Shown: positions 1 through 9,827, counted from the stretch's first letter. The stretch: DNA of 64,000 nucleotides from an uncultured Phycisphaerales bacterium (GCA_963755915.1 CAVWLP010000002.1:1280001-1344000), one strand, 5' to 3'. Program-made: numbers and translations. The notes: generated from the letters alone by a model not told the origin.

Positions 1-1371
1 TTCGCGGGGATGGTGGAGAAACGGTTCTGGAGCTGGTGGCAGGGGCCCGATCCGGGGCCGATGAATATTCGGCGCAGCGCGATTCGGACTGTCGCTCGCG
101 CGGCGTTTCGATGGATGATGCTGATCCTGATCGGCGGATGCGTGGCGTGGGCGATGTGCTTTCCGCTGATTGCGTATCACTTCAACCAACTGAATTTCTG
201 GTCGGTGCTGGCGGGGGTGGTGATTCTTCCGCTGACGATCGTCGCGATGGCAGGGGGGATCGCGAAAATCGTGCTGACGCTGCTGTGGCCAAGCGGGGCG
301 CATCTGTGGGCCACGATGGCGTGTGGGCCCGTGTCGCTCATGCATCATGCGATTGAATTTCTGGATCGGCTGCCCGGGGCGTCGATGACGGTGGCGCCGC
401 CAGGGATTGGGCTGATCGTGGCGTATTACTGTTTGATCGCGTTATTTTTCGTTCCAATCAGCGGGGTTGTTTTTCGATGGAGCGCGCGGGCGGTGTGCGC
501 AATTGCGTGCGTCCTGTTTTTCTTCGCGCCGGGTCTGGCCGGGGGAGCGCCGCTGGCGGCGGGTGGTGGCGGGCTTCACATTGCGCTGCTTTCTGTCGGC
601 GAAGGGCAGGCGGCCATCATTGAGCCGCGGGCGGGACACGCGGTGTTTGTGGATGATGGGTCGGAGACGATTTCCGATGTGGGGCGGGGGGTGATTTTGC
701 CGTATTTGCGATTCGAGGATGATGGGCATGTCGACAAAATATTTCTGAGCGAGTGCGATTTCGATCGCATCAGCGGGACGGGGCAGATACTGGGCGAATA
801 TGGGTCGCCGGCGGTTTTTACCGGCCGGCAGTTCGCGCAGTTGGCGGAGGGGAATTTCGCGGCGCAGTCGCTGGCGAGATTTCTGGAGAGGAGCAATCAT
901 CCGGCGGCGAATATTTCGCGGGGGGATCATGTGGATTTGGGAAACGGGGCGACGGTGGAGGTTCTCTGGCCGCCGGCGGATTGCGACATGACTTCGGCGA
1001 ATTGCGGGTTGGTATTGAAATTGAAATTCGCCGCGACTTCGGTGCTGTTTACGGCGGATATCGAAGAGCCGGCGCAGCGGGCGCTGCTGAGGCATCCCGA
1101 AGAACTTAGCGCGGATGTGCTGATCGCGCCGCACTATGGGAGCGCCGAGGCGTCAACGGCGGCGTTTCTGCTGGCCGTGCATCCGCGGTTTATCCTGGCT
1201 TCCAGCGGGGAAAAGCTGACGCGCAAGCAGCGGCTGTTCGATATCCTGGCAAAGAATTATTCCTTTTACCGAACCGGGGAGTGCGGCGCGATTGATCTGA
1301 CGATCGGCAACGATGGGCAGATTTCCGTGCGAACGTTTCTCACGAAAGCTGGCGGACAATCCGGGAAATAA
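1..1371 (+). CDS. comEC: ComEC/Rec2 family competence protein, C-terminal part (membrane domain end plus metallo-beta-lactamase-fold domain); 5' end lies before the window
   Basis: Hydrophobic helices ('FPLIAYHFNQL'), then 'SVGEGQA..VFVDDG', 'VEVLWPP', 'VLFTADIE', 'ADVLIAPHYGS', 'YRTGECGAI', the typical ComEC MBL domain motif order. Confidence 0.85.
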   Translation, partial: FAGMVEKRFWSWWQGPDPGPMNIRRSAIRTVARAAFRWMMLILIGGCVAWAMCFPLIAYHFNQLNFWSVLAGVVILPLTIVAMAGGIAKIVLTLLWPSGAHLWATMACGPVSLMHHAIEFLDRLPGASMTVAPPGIGLIVAYYCLIALFFVPISGVVFRWSARAVCAIACVLFFFAPGLAGGAPLAAGGGGLHIALLSVGEGQAAIIEPRAGHAVFVDDGSETISDVGRGVILPYLRFEDDGHVDKIFLSECDFDRISGTGQILGEYGSPAVFTGRQFAQLAEGNFAAQSLARFLERSNHPAANISRGDHVDLGNGATVEVLWPPADCDMTSANCGLVLKLKFAATSVLFTADIEEPAQRALLRHPEELSADVLIAPHYGSAEASTAAFLLAVHPRFILASSGEKLTRKQRLFDILAKNYSFYRTGECGAIDLTIGNDGQISVRTFLTKAGGQSGK

Positions 1372-2239
1372 TTTCGGCTAAGTTGGCGGCATCGCCGCTG
1401 GCCTGGGCGCGCTTGATCGGCAATTGCCCATCCGGGCCGCCGAGAATGGCGCGGATTTCGATTTGATTGTCGAGGACGCTTGCGTAAACGCCGATGGGGG
1501 AATGACAATCGCAGCGCATGGCGGCGACGATGGCGCGCTCGGCTTCGACGGCGGCACGCTCGCGCGGCTCATCGCAGTCTTCGAGAATCCTTCGCGTTTT
1601 GGTGTCGTTTTTTCGGCACTGAAGCGCCAGGCCGCCCTGCCCCGGCGCCGGCAGCATAACCTCGGGGGGAATCGAAAACATGATGCCTGGATCGAATAGC
1701 CCCGCGCGGCGCAGACCCGCGAGGGCGAGGATCGTCGCGTCGAATTCGCCGGCGCGGAGTTTTTTGATTCGGGTGTCGATATTTCCGCGCAGGGGGGCGA
1801 AGCGCAGATCGCTCCTGCGGGCGAGGAGCTGGCATTTCCGGCGGAGACTGCCGACAGCCACGGTTGCGCGGGGGGGCAGTTCGTCAATGGTGGCGGCTTT
1901 TTCACAGATCAATGCATCGCGCGCTTCCTCGCGCATGGTGATGGCTGCGATGACCAACTCCGATTCATCCACAAGGGGCATGGTCACCGGCATGTCCTTG
2001 CAACTGTGGACGGCGAAGTCGATGCGGTCCTCCAGCAGGGCCAGTTCCAGTTCCTTGATGAACAGCCCCTTGCCCCCTTCTTCGTAGAGGGGGCGATCGA
2101 TGATCTGGTCACCGGTCGTTTTTATGATGACCGATTCGAATTCGAGATACGGGTGACGGATGTTGATGAGCCTCTGCACGAGCATGGCCTGCATGCGGGC
2201 GAGCAAACTTCCGCGGGTTCCAAGACGAAGGCGAGGCAT
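1340..2239 (-). CDS. hemC: Hydroxymethylbilane synthase (porphobilinogen deaminase)
   Basis: 'LGTRGSLLA', 'KTTGD', 'GKGLFIKELE', 'AVHSCKDMP', 'LRGNIDTRI', 'CDCHSPIG'. Confidence 0.97.
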   Translation of the reverse strand: MPRLRLGTRGSLLARMQAMLVQRLINIRHPYLEFESVIIKTTGDQIIDRPLYEEGGKGLFIKELELALLEDRIDFAVHSCKDMPVTMPLVDESELVIAAITMREEARDALICEKAATIDELPPRATVAVGSLRRKCQLLARRSDLRFAPLRGNIDTRIKKLRAGEFDATILALAGLRRAGLFDPGIMFSIPPEVMLPAPGQGGLALQCRKNDTKTRRILEDCDEPRERAAVEAERAIVAAMRCDCHSPIGVYASVLDNQIEIRAILGGPDGQLPIKRAQASGDAANLAEIISRIVRQLS

Positions 2240-2257
2240 CCGCGTATCTTATAGCCA

Positions 2258-3184
2258 ATGGGCGAAAGAGTATTCGTTACCGGCGGCAGCGGTTTCGTCG
2301 GCTCGGCAGTTTTGCAGGAGCTTTCGCGGCGGAATATTCCGGCAACGGCGCTGGTGAATCGGCGGAATCTCCCGGCCGCCGGCGGGGATGTTGTCAGCTT
2401 CAAGGGGGATATATTTGATCCCGGGTCGCTCGGCAGGGGGATGAAAGATTGCAGCGCGTTGATTCACCTGGTGGGGATCATCTTTGAGAAACCGGGGGAG
2501 GGGATCACCTCTGAGCGGATGCATGTCGAGTCGACGCGAAGGGTCGTCGAGGCGGCGAAGAAGGCCGGGATCCGGCGGTTTATGCACATGTCGGCCCTGG
2601 GCGTCCGGCCGGAGGCGGTGAGCGACTATCACAAAACCAAGTGGCGTGGCGAGGAGATCGTCCGGACCAGCGGGTTGGATTGGACGATCTTTCGGCCCTC
2701 GATGATTCATGGACCCGCCGGCGAATTTATGAAGATGGAGGCCAGGTGGGCCAGGAAGCAGGCGCCGCCTTTTTTGTTCATGCCTTATTTCGGGGCGGGG
2801 ATTTTTGGGACGGGAGGGGCGGGATTGATCCAGCCGGTTTATGTGCGCGATGTCGCCAGGGCGTTTGTGGAGGCGGTGGGGAACGGCAAGAGCGTTTCAA
2901 AAGCGTATCCGCTGGCCGGCAAGGCACGGCTGAGTTGGCCGCAGATGCATCGGCTGGCGAGTGGGGCGATCGTCGGTAAACCCCGGCTGGCGCTGGGGAT
3001 TCCGGCGTGGTACGGCAGGGTTTTGACGTCGGTGGTTCCGCGGGCGCTGCTGCCGTTCAATCGCGATCAAATTGTGATGAGTCAGGAGGATAACACCGCG
3101 AATATGGCGGAGTTTATATCTGATTTCGGTTGGGAACCGGCGGATTTTGCCGGCACGTTGCGTGAATATGTGGATAAGTTGTGA
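2258..3184 (+). CDS. NAD-dependent epimerase/dehydratase, complex I NDUFA9-like SDR
   Basis: 'VFVTGGSGFVG', 'HMSALG', 'YHKTKWRGE', 'WTIFRPS', 'QPVYVRDVA'. Confidence 0.9.
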   Translation: MGERVFVTGGSGFVGSAVLQELSRRNIPATALVNRRNLPAAGGDVVSFKGDIFDPGSLGRGMKDCSALIHLVGIIFEKPGEGITSERMHVESTRRVVEAAKKAGIRRFMHMSALGVRPEAVSDYHKTKWRGEEIVRTSGLDWTIFRPSMIHGPAGEFMKMEARWARKQAPPFLFMPYFGAGIFGTGGAGLIQPVYVRDVARAFVEAVGNGKSVSKAYPLAGKARLSWPQMHRLASGAIVGKPRLALGIPAWYGRVLTSVVPRALLPFNRDQIVMSQEDNTANMAEFISDFGWEPADFAGTLREYVDKL

Positions 3185-3326
3185 TCGCCCTGTCGCGCCG
3201 ATTGGCCGTTTTTTGTGGTTAATAAATTTTTCCAAATACTGAGGATTTCCCGCTGGCGAACACCTTAAGCTTGGTTATGTTGCCACTCTGGCTGCAGGGA
3301 ATGGGAACAGGGAAGCAGAGCAACGA

Positions 3327-4601
3327 ATGTCCATTGCAGTTGGCGAAGATCCGGTGACAACCGATGCGGTTGCCCCCCACGGCGGTTCAGTTGGCGATCC
3401 AATTGGCGATCCAATTGATCGGGCCGTGGCCCGCGACAATTCGACGGCGTCGCCGCACTTTGAGTGGATCGACGCTTTGCGCGGCTGGGCGTTTCTGGGG
3501 GTGCTGGTTTGTCATGTTAGCCAGAAAGTCGGCGGCAGCCTGCCGGGGTGGCTGGGGTTTTGGGCGTCGAGCGGGCGCTTTGGGGTGCAGCTTTTTTATA
3601 TCGTCTCGTGCCTGACGCTCTTTATGTCGCTGGATTCGCGCATGCATCGGGAGGCGCGGCCGATCGCGGCGTTTTTTATCCGCCGGTTCTTCCGAATCGC
3701 TCCGCTCTTCTGGCTGGCGATCATCTTTTACAACGGCGTGCTATGGCATGAATCCGCCGCTTGGGCGCCGCATGGGGTCTCGGCCGCCGACATCGCTTCA
3801 AATGTCATTTTCATGCACGGGTGGCATCCGAGTTCGATCGACTCGGTCGTGCCCGGCGGGTGGTCGATCGCGGTGGAGATGAATTTCTATCTGCTTTTGC
3901 CGATCCTGTTTTTATGGGTGACCAATCTGCGCCGGGCGGTCTGGTGCGCGGCGGTTTTTCTGCTGCTGAGTGTCGGGGCGGACCGGTTTCTGACGCACGT
4001 CATCCAGCCGCACGTGGCGGCGGGGAATCTGGGCGATTTTTATAGCTTCCGGCAATTCTGGCTCCCCAGCCAGCTTCCGATCTTTGCCCTCGGCGCGGTG
4101 CTTTTCCATATCCTGCGGCAGTCGAGGTTGACGCGGGAAAACGGCAGATCGCTGGCGATTCTCCTGGCGATCATCGCGCTCTTTCTGGTTGCCAGCGGCC
4201 CTTCGCGATTCGTCCGGCACGATATGACTTTCGCCCTGGCGCTTTTCCTGGGCGCATGGGCCATCGCCCTGCAGCCGGCGCGGCTGCTGGTCAATCGCGT
4301 TACCCGCTACCTGGGAAAGATCAGCTTTAGCGGATATCTGACGCACACGGCGGTGATTCTGCTGGCGATGCGGCTTCTGTATCACGGCTCGCCGCAGGTG
4401 GCGGGGATGGGGAATTTTGCAATCCTGCTGGTCGCGAGCCTGATTCTTACGGTGATCTTCTCGACGGTGACGTATCAACTGGTGGAAGCGCCGGGGCAGG
4501 CGATTGGCAAATGGTTGATCGCCCGCACGGTGAATCGCACGGCGCCCGCAGTGGCGGGAGAGGGGCCACTTACTCTCCCGCAGCTTTCCGCAGCGTCGTA
4601 A
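3327..4601 (+). CDS. Acyltransferase-3 (OafA/YrhL-like) membrane O-acyltransferase
   Basis: 'IDALRGWA', 'GVQLFYIVS', 'FFIRRFFRIAP', 'WSIAVEMNFY', 'GKISFSGYLTH', 'YQLVEAP'. Confidence 0.9.
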   Translation: MSIAVGEDPVTTDAVAPHGGSVGDPIGDPIDRAVARDNSTASPHFEWIDALRGWAFLGVLVCHVSQKVGGSLPGWLGFWASSGRFGVQLFYIVSCLTLFMSLDSRMHREARPIAAFFIRRFFRIAPLFWLAIIFYNGVLWHESAAWAPHGVSAADIASNVIFMHGWHPSSIDSVVPGGWSIAVEMNFYLLLPILFLWVTNLRRAVWCAAVFLLLSVGADRFLTHVIQPHVAAGNLGDFYSFRQFWLPSQLPIFALGAVLFHILRQSRLTRENGRSLAILLAIIALFLVASGPSRFVRHDMTFALALFLGAWAIALQPARLLVNRVTRYLGKISFSGYLTHTAVILLAMRLLYHGSPQVAGMGNFAILLVASLILTVIFSTVTYQLVEAPGQAIGKWLIARTVNRTAPAVAGEGPLTLPQLSAAS

Positions 4602-5418
4602 TCGCCTCGCGCACCAATTCCAATCGCTGTCGGCCTGTTTCCTGCTCGATGACCAGCGGCCCGCTGTATCCGGCCTCGCGAAGCGCCCCGAGAAATTCCC
4701 CCCAGTCCACCTCCCCCTGCCCGACGGGAACCTGCTTTCCCCACTGCACGCCCGGCTCATCGGAGGCGATCGCGTCCTTCACATGCACGTGCCGGATGTG
4801 GCGGTCGAGGACGCGAATGGCCTCGATGGGGTTTCCACTGCCGTAGAGAATCATGTTGGCGGGATCAAAATTCACGCCGGCTTTCCGGCCAGGGAATTCA
4901 TTGGGTAGGTCATTTAGAAACTGGAGTAGCTCGGAAGCGGTTTCCTGGCCGGTTTCCATTGCCAGGGTGACGCCCAACTCGCCCAGCGCCGCGGAAACCT
5001 GGGCGACGCGATCGAGCAGTTTGGGATAGTCCTCGTGATTCGACTGCGGAATGAAGCCGACGTGCGTCGTGAGGACCGAAATTCCCAGCTCGCGGGCGAG
5101 CTTGGCCGCCTGGAGGGTTAGCTGCCGGCGAAGGGTCCAGGCGTCGTCGGGCACGAACCCGCCGGTGGCGCGTATTCTGGCGATGGTGGAATAGTCCTCG
5201 CCGGGGAAGGAGATCATGCCGGCGGTGATGGTCAGGCCGCTGCCGCGCAGGAATCCCAGCTCGCGATGTTTCTGCTTGTCGTCGAGAAACAGGAGGGGGG
5301 CGAGGGCGAGCTGGAGGTGAGAAAGCCCCAGTTCCTTCACGGCGGCAGTAAGGTCAGCCGTTCCTGCGGCATTCAGCGACCAGCTACAGACGCCCAGGTC
5401 GTGCGAGTCGATTTGCAT
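4570..5418 (-). CDS. Sugar phosphate isomerase/epimerase (xylose-isomerase-like TIM barrel)
   Basis: 'LAMETGQE', 'VNFDPANM', 'HVHVKDA', 'GQGEVDW', 'LVIEQE'. Confidence 0.9.
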   Translation of the reverse strand: MQIDSHDLGVCSWSLNAAGTADLTAAVKELGLSHLQLALAPLLFLDDKQKHRELGFLRGSGLTITAGMISFPGEDYSTIARIRATGGFVPDDAWTLRRQLTLQAAKLARELGISVLTTHVGFIPQSNHEDYPKLLDRVAQVSAALGELGVTLAMETGQETASELLQFLNDLPNEFPGRKAGVNFDPANMILYGSGNPIEAIRVLDRHIRHVHVKDAIASDEPGVQWGKQVPVGQGEVDWGEFLGALREAGYSGPLVIEQETGRQRLELVREAITTLRKAAGE

Positions 5419-5489
5419 GGGTGAATTTTAGCGGGGAAGGGGGGAAATGCGGAGGGGGCGGCGAAGCTTTATAACTCGCTTTGATAGTC

Positions 5490-6099
5490 TTAGGATGAAA
5501 TTGGTTCAGCCGAGATTTCCCCGTATTTTTCTGTGCCGAGTGAATAAAAATCAATTGAGATCCCGCTGAGTTGATAACTCTTGCGAAATCTCATCCCGAT
5601 TTTTTCGATGACGCGTTTAGAGGCGGCGTTGCGCGTTGGCGATGGCAACGATATGGGGAAGATGCATCGTCTCGAAGCCAAATCTCAGAAGCGTCGCGGC
5701 CGCTTCGGTCGCGTAGCCCTTGCCCCAGAATGGCTTGGCGAGGCGATAGCCGACTTCGATCACGGGGGCCGGCGGACAAAATTCGGGGCCGATGGCGGCG
5801 ATGTGGGCGGGAGGCAGCACCGAGAGCACCGCCAGCCCAGCGAAGGCGCCGCTTTGGCGCTCGATCACGACCAGCCAGCCCGGAATTCCCGGCGGATGCG
5901 GAAGCGGAATTCCGTGGCGAGCATCGGAGAGGATCGCCTCCAGCCACGCTGCCGCCTGCGATGGAGATTGCGTGTTGCCGTGGCCGATGAATTGCATGAC
6001 TTCAGCGTTGGCGCCGAGGGCGATGAAATCTTCCAGATCGCCGGGGGACGCTGGCCGCAGGATTAGGCGGGGGGTGGCGAAAGTTGGGATTTTGGGCAT
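5490..6099 (-). CDS. RimJ/RimL-type GNAT acetyltransferase, split by one frameshift near 5630 (probable sequencing error)
   Basis: 'TPRLILRP', 'EVGYRLAKPFWGKGYATEAA' in ORF 5617-6099 continue into 'NAASKRVIEKIGM' in ORF 5490-5681. Confidence 0.8.
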
Positions 6100-6190
6100 C
6101 GAAGCCGCGGATTATACCGTGGGGCCAGGTGCTCAGCCTTATGTTCCTGCCGCGCGATTACGAAAGGGTGTGGCGCTCATTTGTGGTCCG

Positions 6191-6246
6191 GCCCCCCGAC
6201 TCTCCCCTCTTCGAGCCTGAGCCTCAGAGCCGAAGGCCGGAGTACG
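6191..6246. repeat. Family A palindromic element, partial, carrying the 30-nt internal module TCTTCGAGCCTGAGCCTCAGAGCCGAAGGC
   Basis: Same module followed by CGGAGTAC occurs in carB (37456-37485) and, inverted, near 55010-55037. Confidence 0.8.
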
Positions 6247-6313
6247 ACTTGTCATTACCCACATTTATTGGCGCGAAACGGCCGAAGTTATATCGAAAAA
6301 AGAAGGAAGTGTA

Positions 6314-6417
6314 TTTTCGGTTATGGTTTGCGTGACGAGAAGGTTCGTTGGCTCGAATATAAAACGCGGTTCCGCCGCGATGGCACATGGCTCTCCCGGT
6401 GACGTTCGGTGCGGCCT
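6314..6417. repeat. 104-nt dispersed non-coding repeat, copy 1 (copy 2 at 27237-27340)
   Basis: Ungapped hand alignment gives about 84 of 104 identical positions. Confidence 0.85.
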
Positions 6418-6726
6418 TGAGGTGTTGGGCAAGGAGTCGCCGCAGGCCCCATCCGCCTGGAAATATCACCCCATTTAGATACGGAGCGAGAGTTTCGGAT
6501 TTATCGGGCTTGGTCCGTAAATCGGGCTAATAATTTGCCGGAATTCACCTTCCGTTCACCGAATTCATAAACTGAACCAGTCGACTACCGATCAATACGA
6601 TAGTTTGCCACACCCGTGGCCGAATCTCGCCGATTCATTGCTTATGGAAACCTGGGAACCCATCGGCACCAATGTAAAGCGGCCGCGGGGGGTCTGAAAA
6701 CTCGAACCCGGATGATTGTGGGAGCT

Positions 6727-7581
6727 ATGACTCAGGTTACAGAAGTAAAAGACGCGGCGGATATTTTCCTGGATCAGCATGGCACCATTCAGGCGCTGCC
6801 GGAGACGGCGATCCAGCTCATTCAACTATTCCGCGATCCCAATTGCAGTGCCGGCCAGCTTCTGAAAGTCATTCAGAAGGACGCGGCGCTTTCCGCCAAA
6901 GTGATCAAGACGGTCAACAGCGCCTTTTACGGGCTGGAGACCAAGATCACCAACCTGCAGTGCGCGATGGCCTACATGGGCGTGAAGACGGTGAAGGAAG
7001 TGACGCTGGCTTCGTCGATGACCCAGGGGCGAAAGCCAACCGTCATCGGGCAATTTTCCACCACCGACCTTTGGGATCACAGCCTGGCGGTTGCGGTTTT
7101 TGTGCGCGAGCTTGCGGTGCGAACAAATGGGGCGGATCCGGAGGACGCCTTTCTGGCCGGGATGCTTCACGACGTTGGGTTGCTGTTCGAAGCGCAGCTC
7201 GAGCCCAAGATATGCGAGGGGATTTTCGCCGGCGCCGCGGCCGGGCAAAACTCGCTGGTCGATCTGGAAGAAGCGACGTTTAAGTTCAACCACTGCCATC
7301 TCGGCGAAAAAATCAGCATTCGCTGGAGATTTCCCGAGGACGTGATATGCGTCACCCGCTGGCACCACGTGCCCGAGCTGTCGCCCGAGGAACACCAGGC
7401 GATCTGCCGGCTGGTCTACGTCGCGGATCACGCCTGCTGCACAGCCGGCGTCGGTTTCGCGCTGACGTGCGCAAAGGATCCGCTGCCCGACGATGTCCTC
7501 GTGGCGGTGAATGTGACGCGAGAATCGCTGGACGAGCTGATCGCCAAGCTGCCGGTGCTGCTGCGATTGCATCGGAATTAA
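6727..7581 (+). CDS. HDOD-domain signal transduction protein
   Basis: 'DAALSAKVIKTVNSAFYG', 'LWDHSLAVA', 'AFLAGMLHDVG', 'RWRFP..RWHH'; GGAG precedes ATG at 6727. Confidence 0.92.
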   Translation: MTQVTEVKDAADIFLDQHGTIQALPETAIQLIQLFRDPNCSAGQLLKVIQKDAALSAKVIKTVNSAFYGLETKITNLQCAMAYMGVKTVKEVTLASSMTQGRKPTVIGQFSTTDLWDHSLAVAVFVRELAVRTNGADPEDAFLAGMLHDVGLLFEAQLEPKICEGIFAGAAAGQNSLVDLEEATFKFNHCHLGEKISIRWRFPEDVICVTRWHHVPELSPEEHQAICRLVYVADHACCTAGVGFALTCAKDPLPDDVLVAVNVTRESLDELIAKLPVLLRLHRN

Positions 7582-7613
7582 AAGTTCCATCGCCCCTGGC
7601 CAACCCCCTCCGC

Positions 7614-7641
7614 TTGACGCTCACTTCGCCCCCTCTAGAAT
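7614..7641 (+). promoter_or_regulatory. Sigma70-type promoter for tRNA-Ala
   Basis: TTGACG (7614-7619), 16-nt spacer, TAGAAT (7636-7641), 14 nt before the tRNA. Confidence 0.65.
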
Positions 7642-7655
7642 GGATGCGATAATCC

Positions 7656-7726
7656 GGGGCGATGGTCTAACGGGATGACGGCTGAATCGCATTCAGCAAA
7701 TCGGGGTTCGATTCCCCGTCGCTCCA
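7656..7726 (+). tRNA. tRNA-Ala(CGC); CCA tail not encoded
   Basis: Acceptor stem GGGGCGA/TCGCTCC with the G3:U70 alanine determinant; anticodon arm GCTGA-ATCGCAT-TCAGC; T arm CGGGG-TTCGATT-CCCCG. Confidence 0.93.
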
Positions 7727-8170
7727 CTCTGTTGCAGTCAGGTGAGTTTTACCACAAGACGCCGCGCGTGAAATTTCACGCGCGGCGTTGACGTGGGCAA
7801 AGGAACCTTGATCTACAACAAGTTTCCACGCTCCGCGTGGTTCCCACTGTAAGCGACGGTCGTTCAATTGAAGGTTCGAACCGACTTTTTCGAGCATATC
7901 TCTCAATTCTTGCGGATTACGTCGCTTGGCGACGTATTTCATTTGTTTAGAGCCATTTACGAACCGAGTGATCGGTTCGAACCGCAAAACGTCATCGCGG
8001 TCAAGAGCGATGAGCCCGTCTTGTAGTTTGCGTTTGGCGTCGATCGCCTCCGCCTTCCGTTTTCGGAACTCGGCCGCCGAAAAATGCCCGCATCGAGGTA
8101 TGCCGCCGTGAGGCGATCCAGTTTTCGGTCAAGGGTTGCGATCTCCGCTTCCGCTTTGCGTCGAGCGTCT
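7667..8170 (-). pseudogene. C-terminal remnant of a large serine recombinase/integrase, reading into the tRNA antisense
   Basis: Coiled-coil 'AEAEIATLDRKLDRLTAAYLDAGIF' then, after a frameshift, 'LEKVGSNLQLNDRRL', resembling large serine recombinase tails; catalytic N-terminus absent. Confidence 0.65.
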
Positions 8171-8173
8171 TGG

Positions 8174-8764
8174 ATGTTCAACTATGTTTCGCTTTGCCGG
8201 AAAATCGCCGAAATCGGACACCCCGACTTCATGGTCGGGATTCCCGTCTATTCCGACCTCGCCGAGCGACACGATTTCGTCGTACAGGCCAAGGGAGCAT
8301 TCGACCAAACAGTTCGGGGTATCATCAACCTCAAGCGATTTGGTATCAGAGTGGAGGTTCGCGTGGTGCTTCACCGTCAGACGGTGGATCGGTTGCCCCA
8401 ATTGGCCCGATTTCTCGCCCGTAACCTTCCGTTTGTCGATCATATTGCCCTGATGGGGCTAGAGCCGATGGGTTATGTGAAGATGAATTGGGATATGCTT
8501 TGGATCGATCCATTCGATTACCAGCCGCAGCTTGTCGCAGCGATTCGGCACCTCGCCGGCGCAAGAATGAAAGTATCGATTTACAACCACCAGCTTTGCG
8601 TCCTTGATCGAGAGCTTTGGCCATTCGCAAGAAAGAGCATTTCAGACTGGAAAAATGAGTATTTTGAGCCTTGTCAAAACTGCTTGGTGAAGGAGAAATG
8701 CGGTGGATTCTTTGCTTCGGCTAAGACGAGATTCAGCGATCACATATCTACGATATCTTGGTAG
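8174..8764 (+). pseudogene. hxsC: His-Xaa-Ser system radical SAM maturase HxsC, N-terminally truncated
   Basis: 'GIPVYSD..HDFVVQAKGAFDQT', 'RNLPFVDHIALMGLE', 'SIYNHQLC', 'SISDWKNEY..C..C....CGGFF'; the CxxxCxxC motif is missing. Confidence 0.88.
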
Positions 8765-8912
8765 CTCAATAACAACGGCGCCGGTTTAGTACAAGAAAGC
8801 CAGTGAGGACGGGAAAAAACGCAACCGCCGCGTATTCGCCGAAGTCAGATCCGTAATTCTTGGACTTCCCTAGCAACCTTCGGTAGAATTTTGTCGTTTT
8901 CGAGGGAGAAAA

Positions 8913-9827
8913 GTGGCCAAACCTTTCGTGATTGTGCTTGTGATTTTGCTGGTCGCTGATTTCGCGGCCTGCGCTGCGCCAAATACAATCAGCACGGGGT
9001 ACGATAAATTCAAAGACCAGACGACCGTTTCAACTCCACTGGTTAATCAGCGGGCCAAGCCGGGCGGTGACCCATGGCTTATCCGCGTTTCGGCGGCCTA
9101 TAGCTATCCCGGTCAATCGCTCACGTCGCCGCCAGACGGAGCGACAATCACTGTCGTTACATGGAGTAAGAACGGATTATGCTTCGATGGTCAAAAGGAT
9201 TCACTTGTTGCCAATATTGATTGTGATAGAGATAGGTCAACGGCCGCCATTCAAAGTTACGACGGGAAACTGTCTCAGGGGCTCGTATCGAGGGCGGGGG
9301 CCCAGGGAATGGAAACAGTAGAAGATGATAACTACATCGAGACGCTTACCTTTCAGATACCCGCCGAAGTCTTCGCGAAAATGGCGTACAGCAGTCAAGC
9401 CGGAATGGAGATCGGCGATTGCCAAATCGAATTCAATGTCGACCTATTGGATTTTATGAAGCAACTGGCCGTGTTGGGTCGATTCGGGAGACGCATACCT
9501 TCTCTGTCGTCAGCAGCCGCACTTCCAACAACAATGCCTACAAGTCAACCTTCCACCGCAAACGGTCCGGTGCTCGCTGCCTACCGGCAGGCGATGGAGA
9601 AATGTATTGAGAAGTTGTCCAACACCGATGAATACAAGTCCGCAAAAGCGGCGGTTGATCAGGCAACACAAGCGCGAAATTCGGCATCAGATGAGGACAT
9701 CCCAGCCGCCGCCCAAAAACTACTTGAGGCGAGGACAAGGCTGCATCAGCTTGAACGGGATGCTTGCGACGCCGATCCCGACGTTCAAAAAGCTAAATCT
9801 TCCATATCTCAAGCACCACAAAATTAA
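8913..9827 (+). CDS. Secreted hypothetical protein (signal peptide, Thr/Pro linker, C-terminal helical domain)
   Basis: GGGAG upstream of GTG; hydrophobic N-terminus; 'YDKFKDQTT' follows the signal peptide; 304-aa ORF. Confidence 0.7.
   Translation: MAKPFVIVLVILLVADFAACAAPNTISTGYDKFKDQTTVSTPLVNQRAKPGGDPWLIRVSAAYSYPGQSLTSPPDGATITVVTWSKNGLCFDGQKDSLVANIDCDRDRSTAAIQSYDGKLSQGLVSRAGAQGMETVEDDNYIETLTFQIPAEVFAKMAYSSQAGMEIGDCQIEFNVDLLDFMKQLAVLGRFGRRIPSLSSAAALPTTMPTSQPSTANGPVLAAYRQAMEKCIEKLSNTDEYKSAKAAVDQATQARNSASDEDIPAAAQKLLEARTRLHQLERDACDADPDVQKAKSSISQAPQN

Noticed and set aside
8084-8173. N-terminus of the 226-aa ORF as part of HxsC
   Set aside because: This stretch is the antisense of the recombinase remnant; HxsC similarity begins at about 8174.
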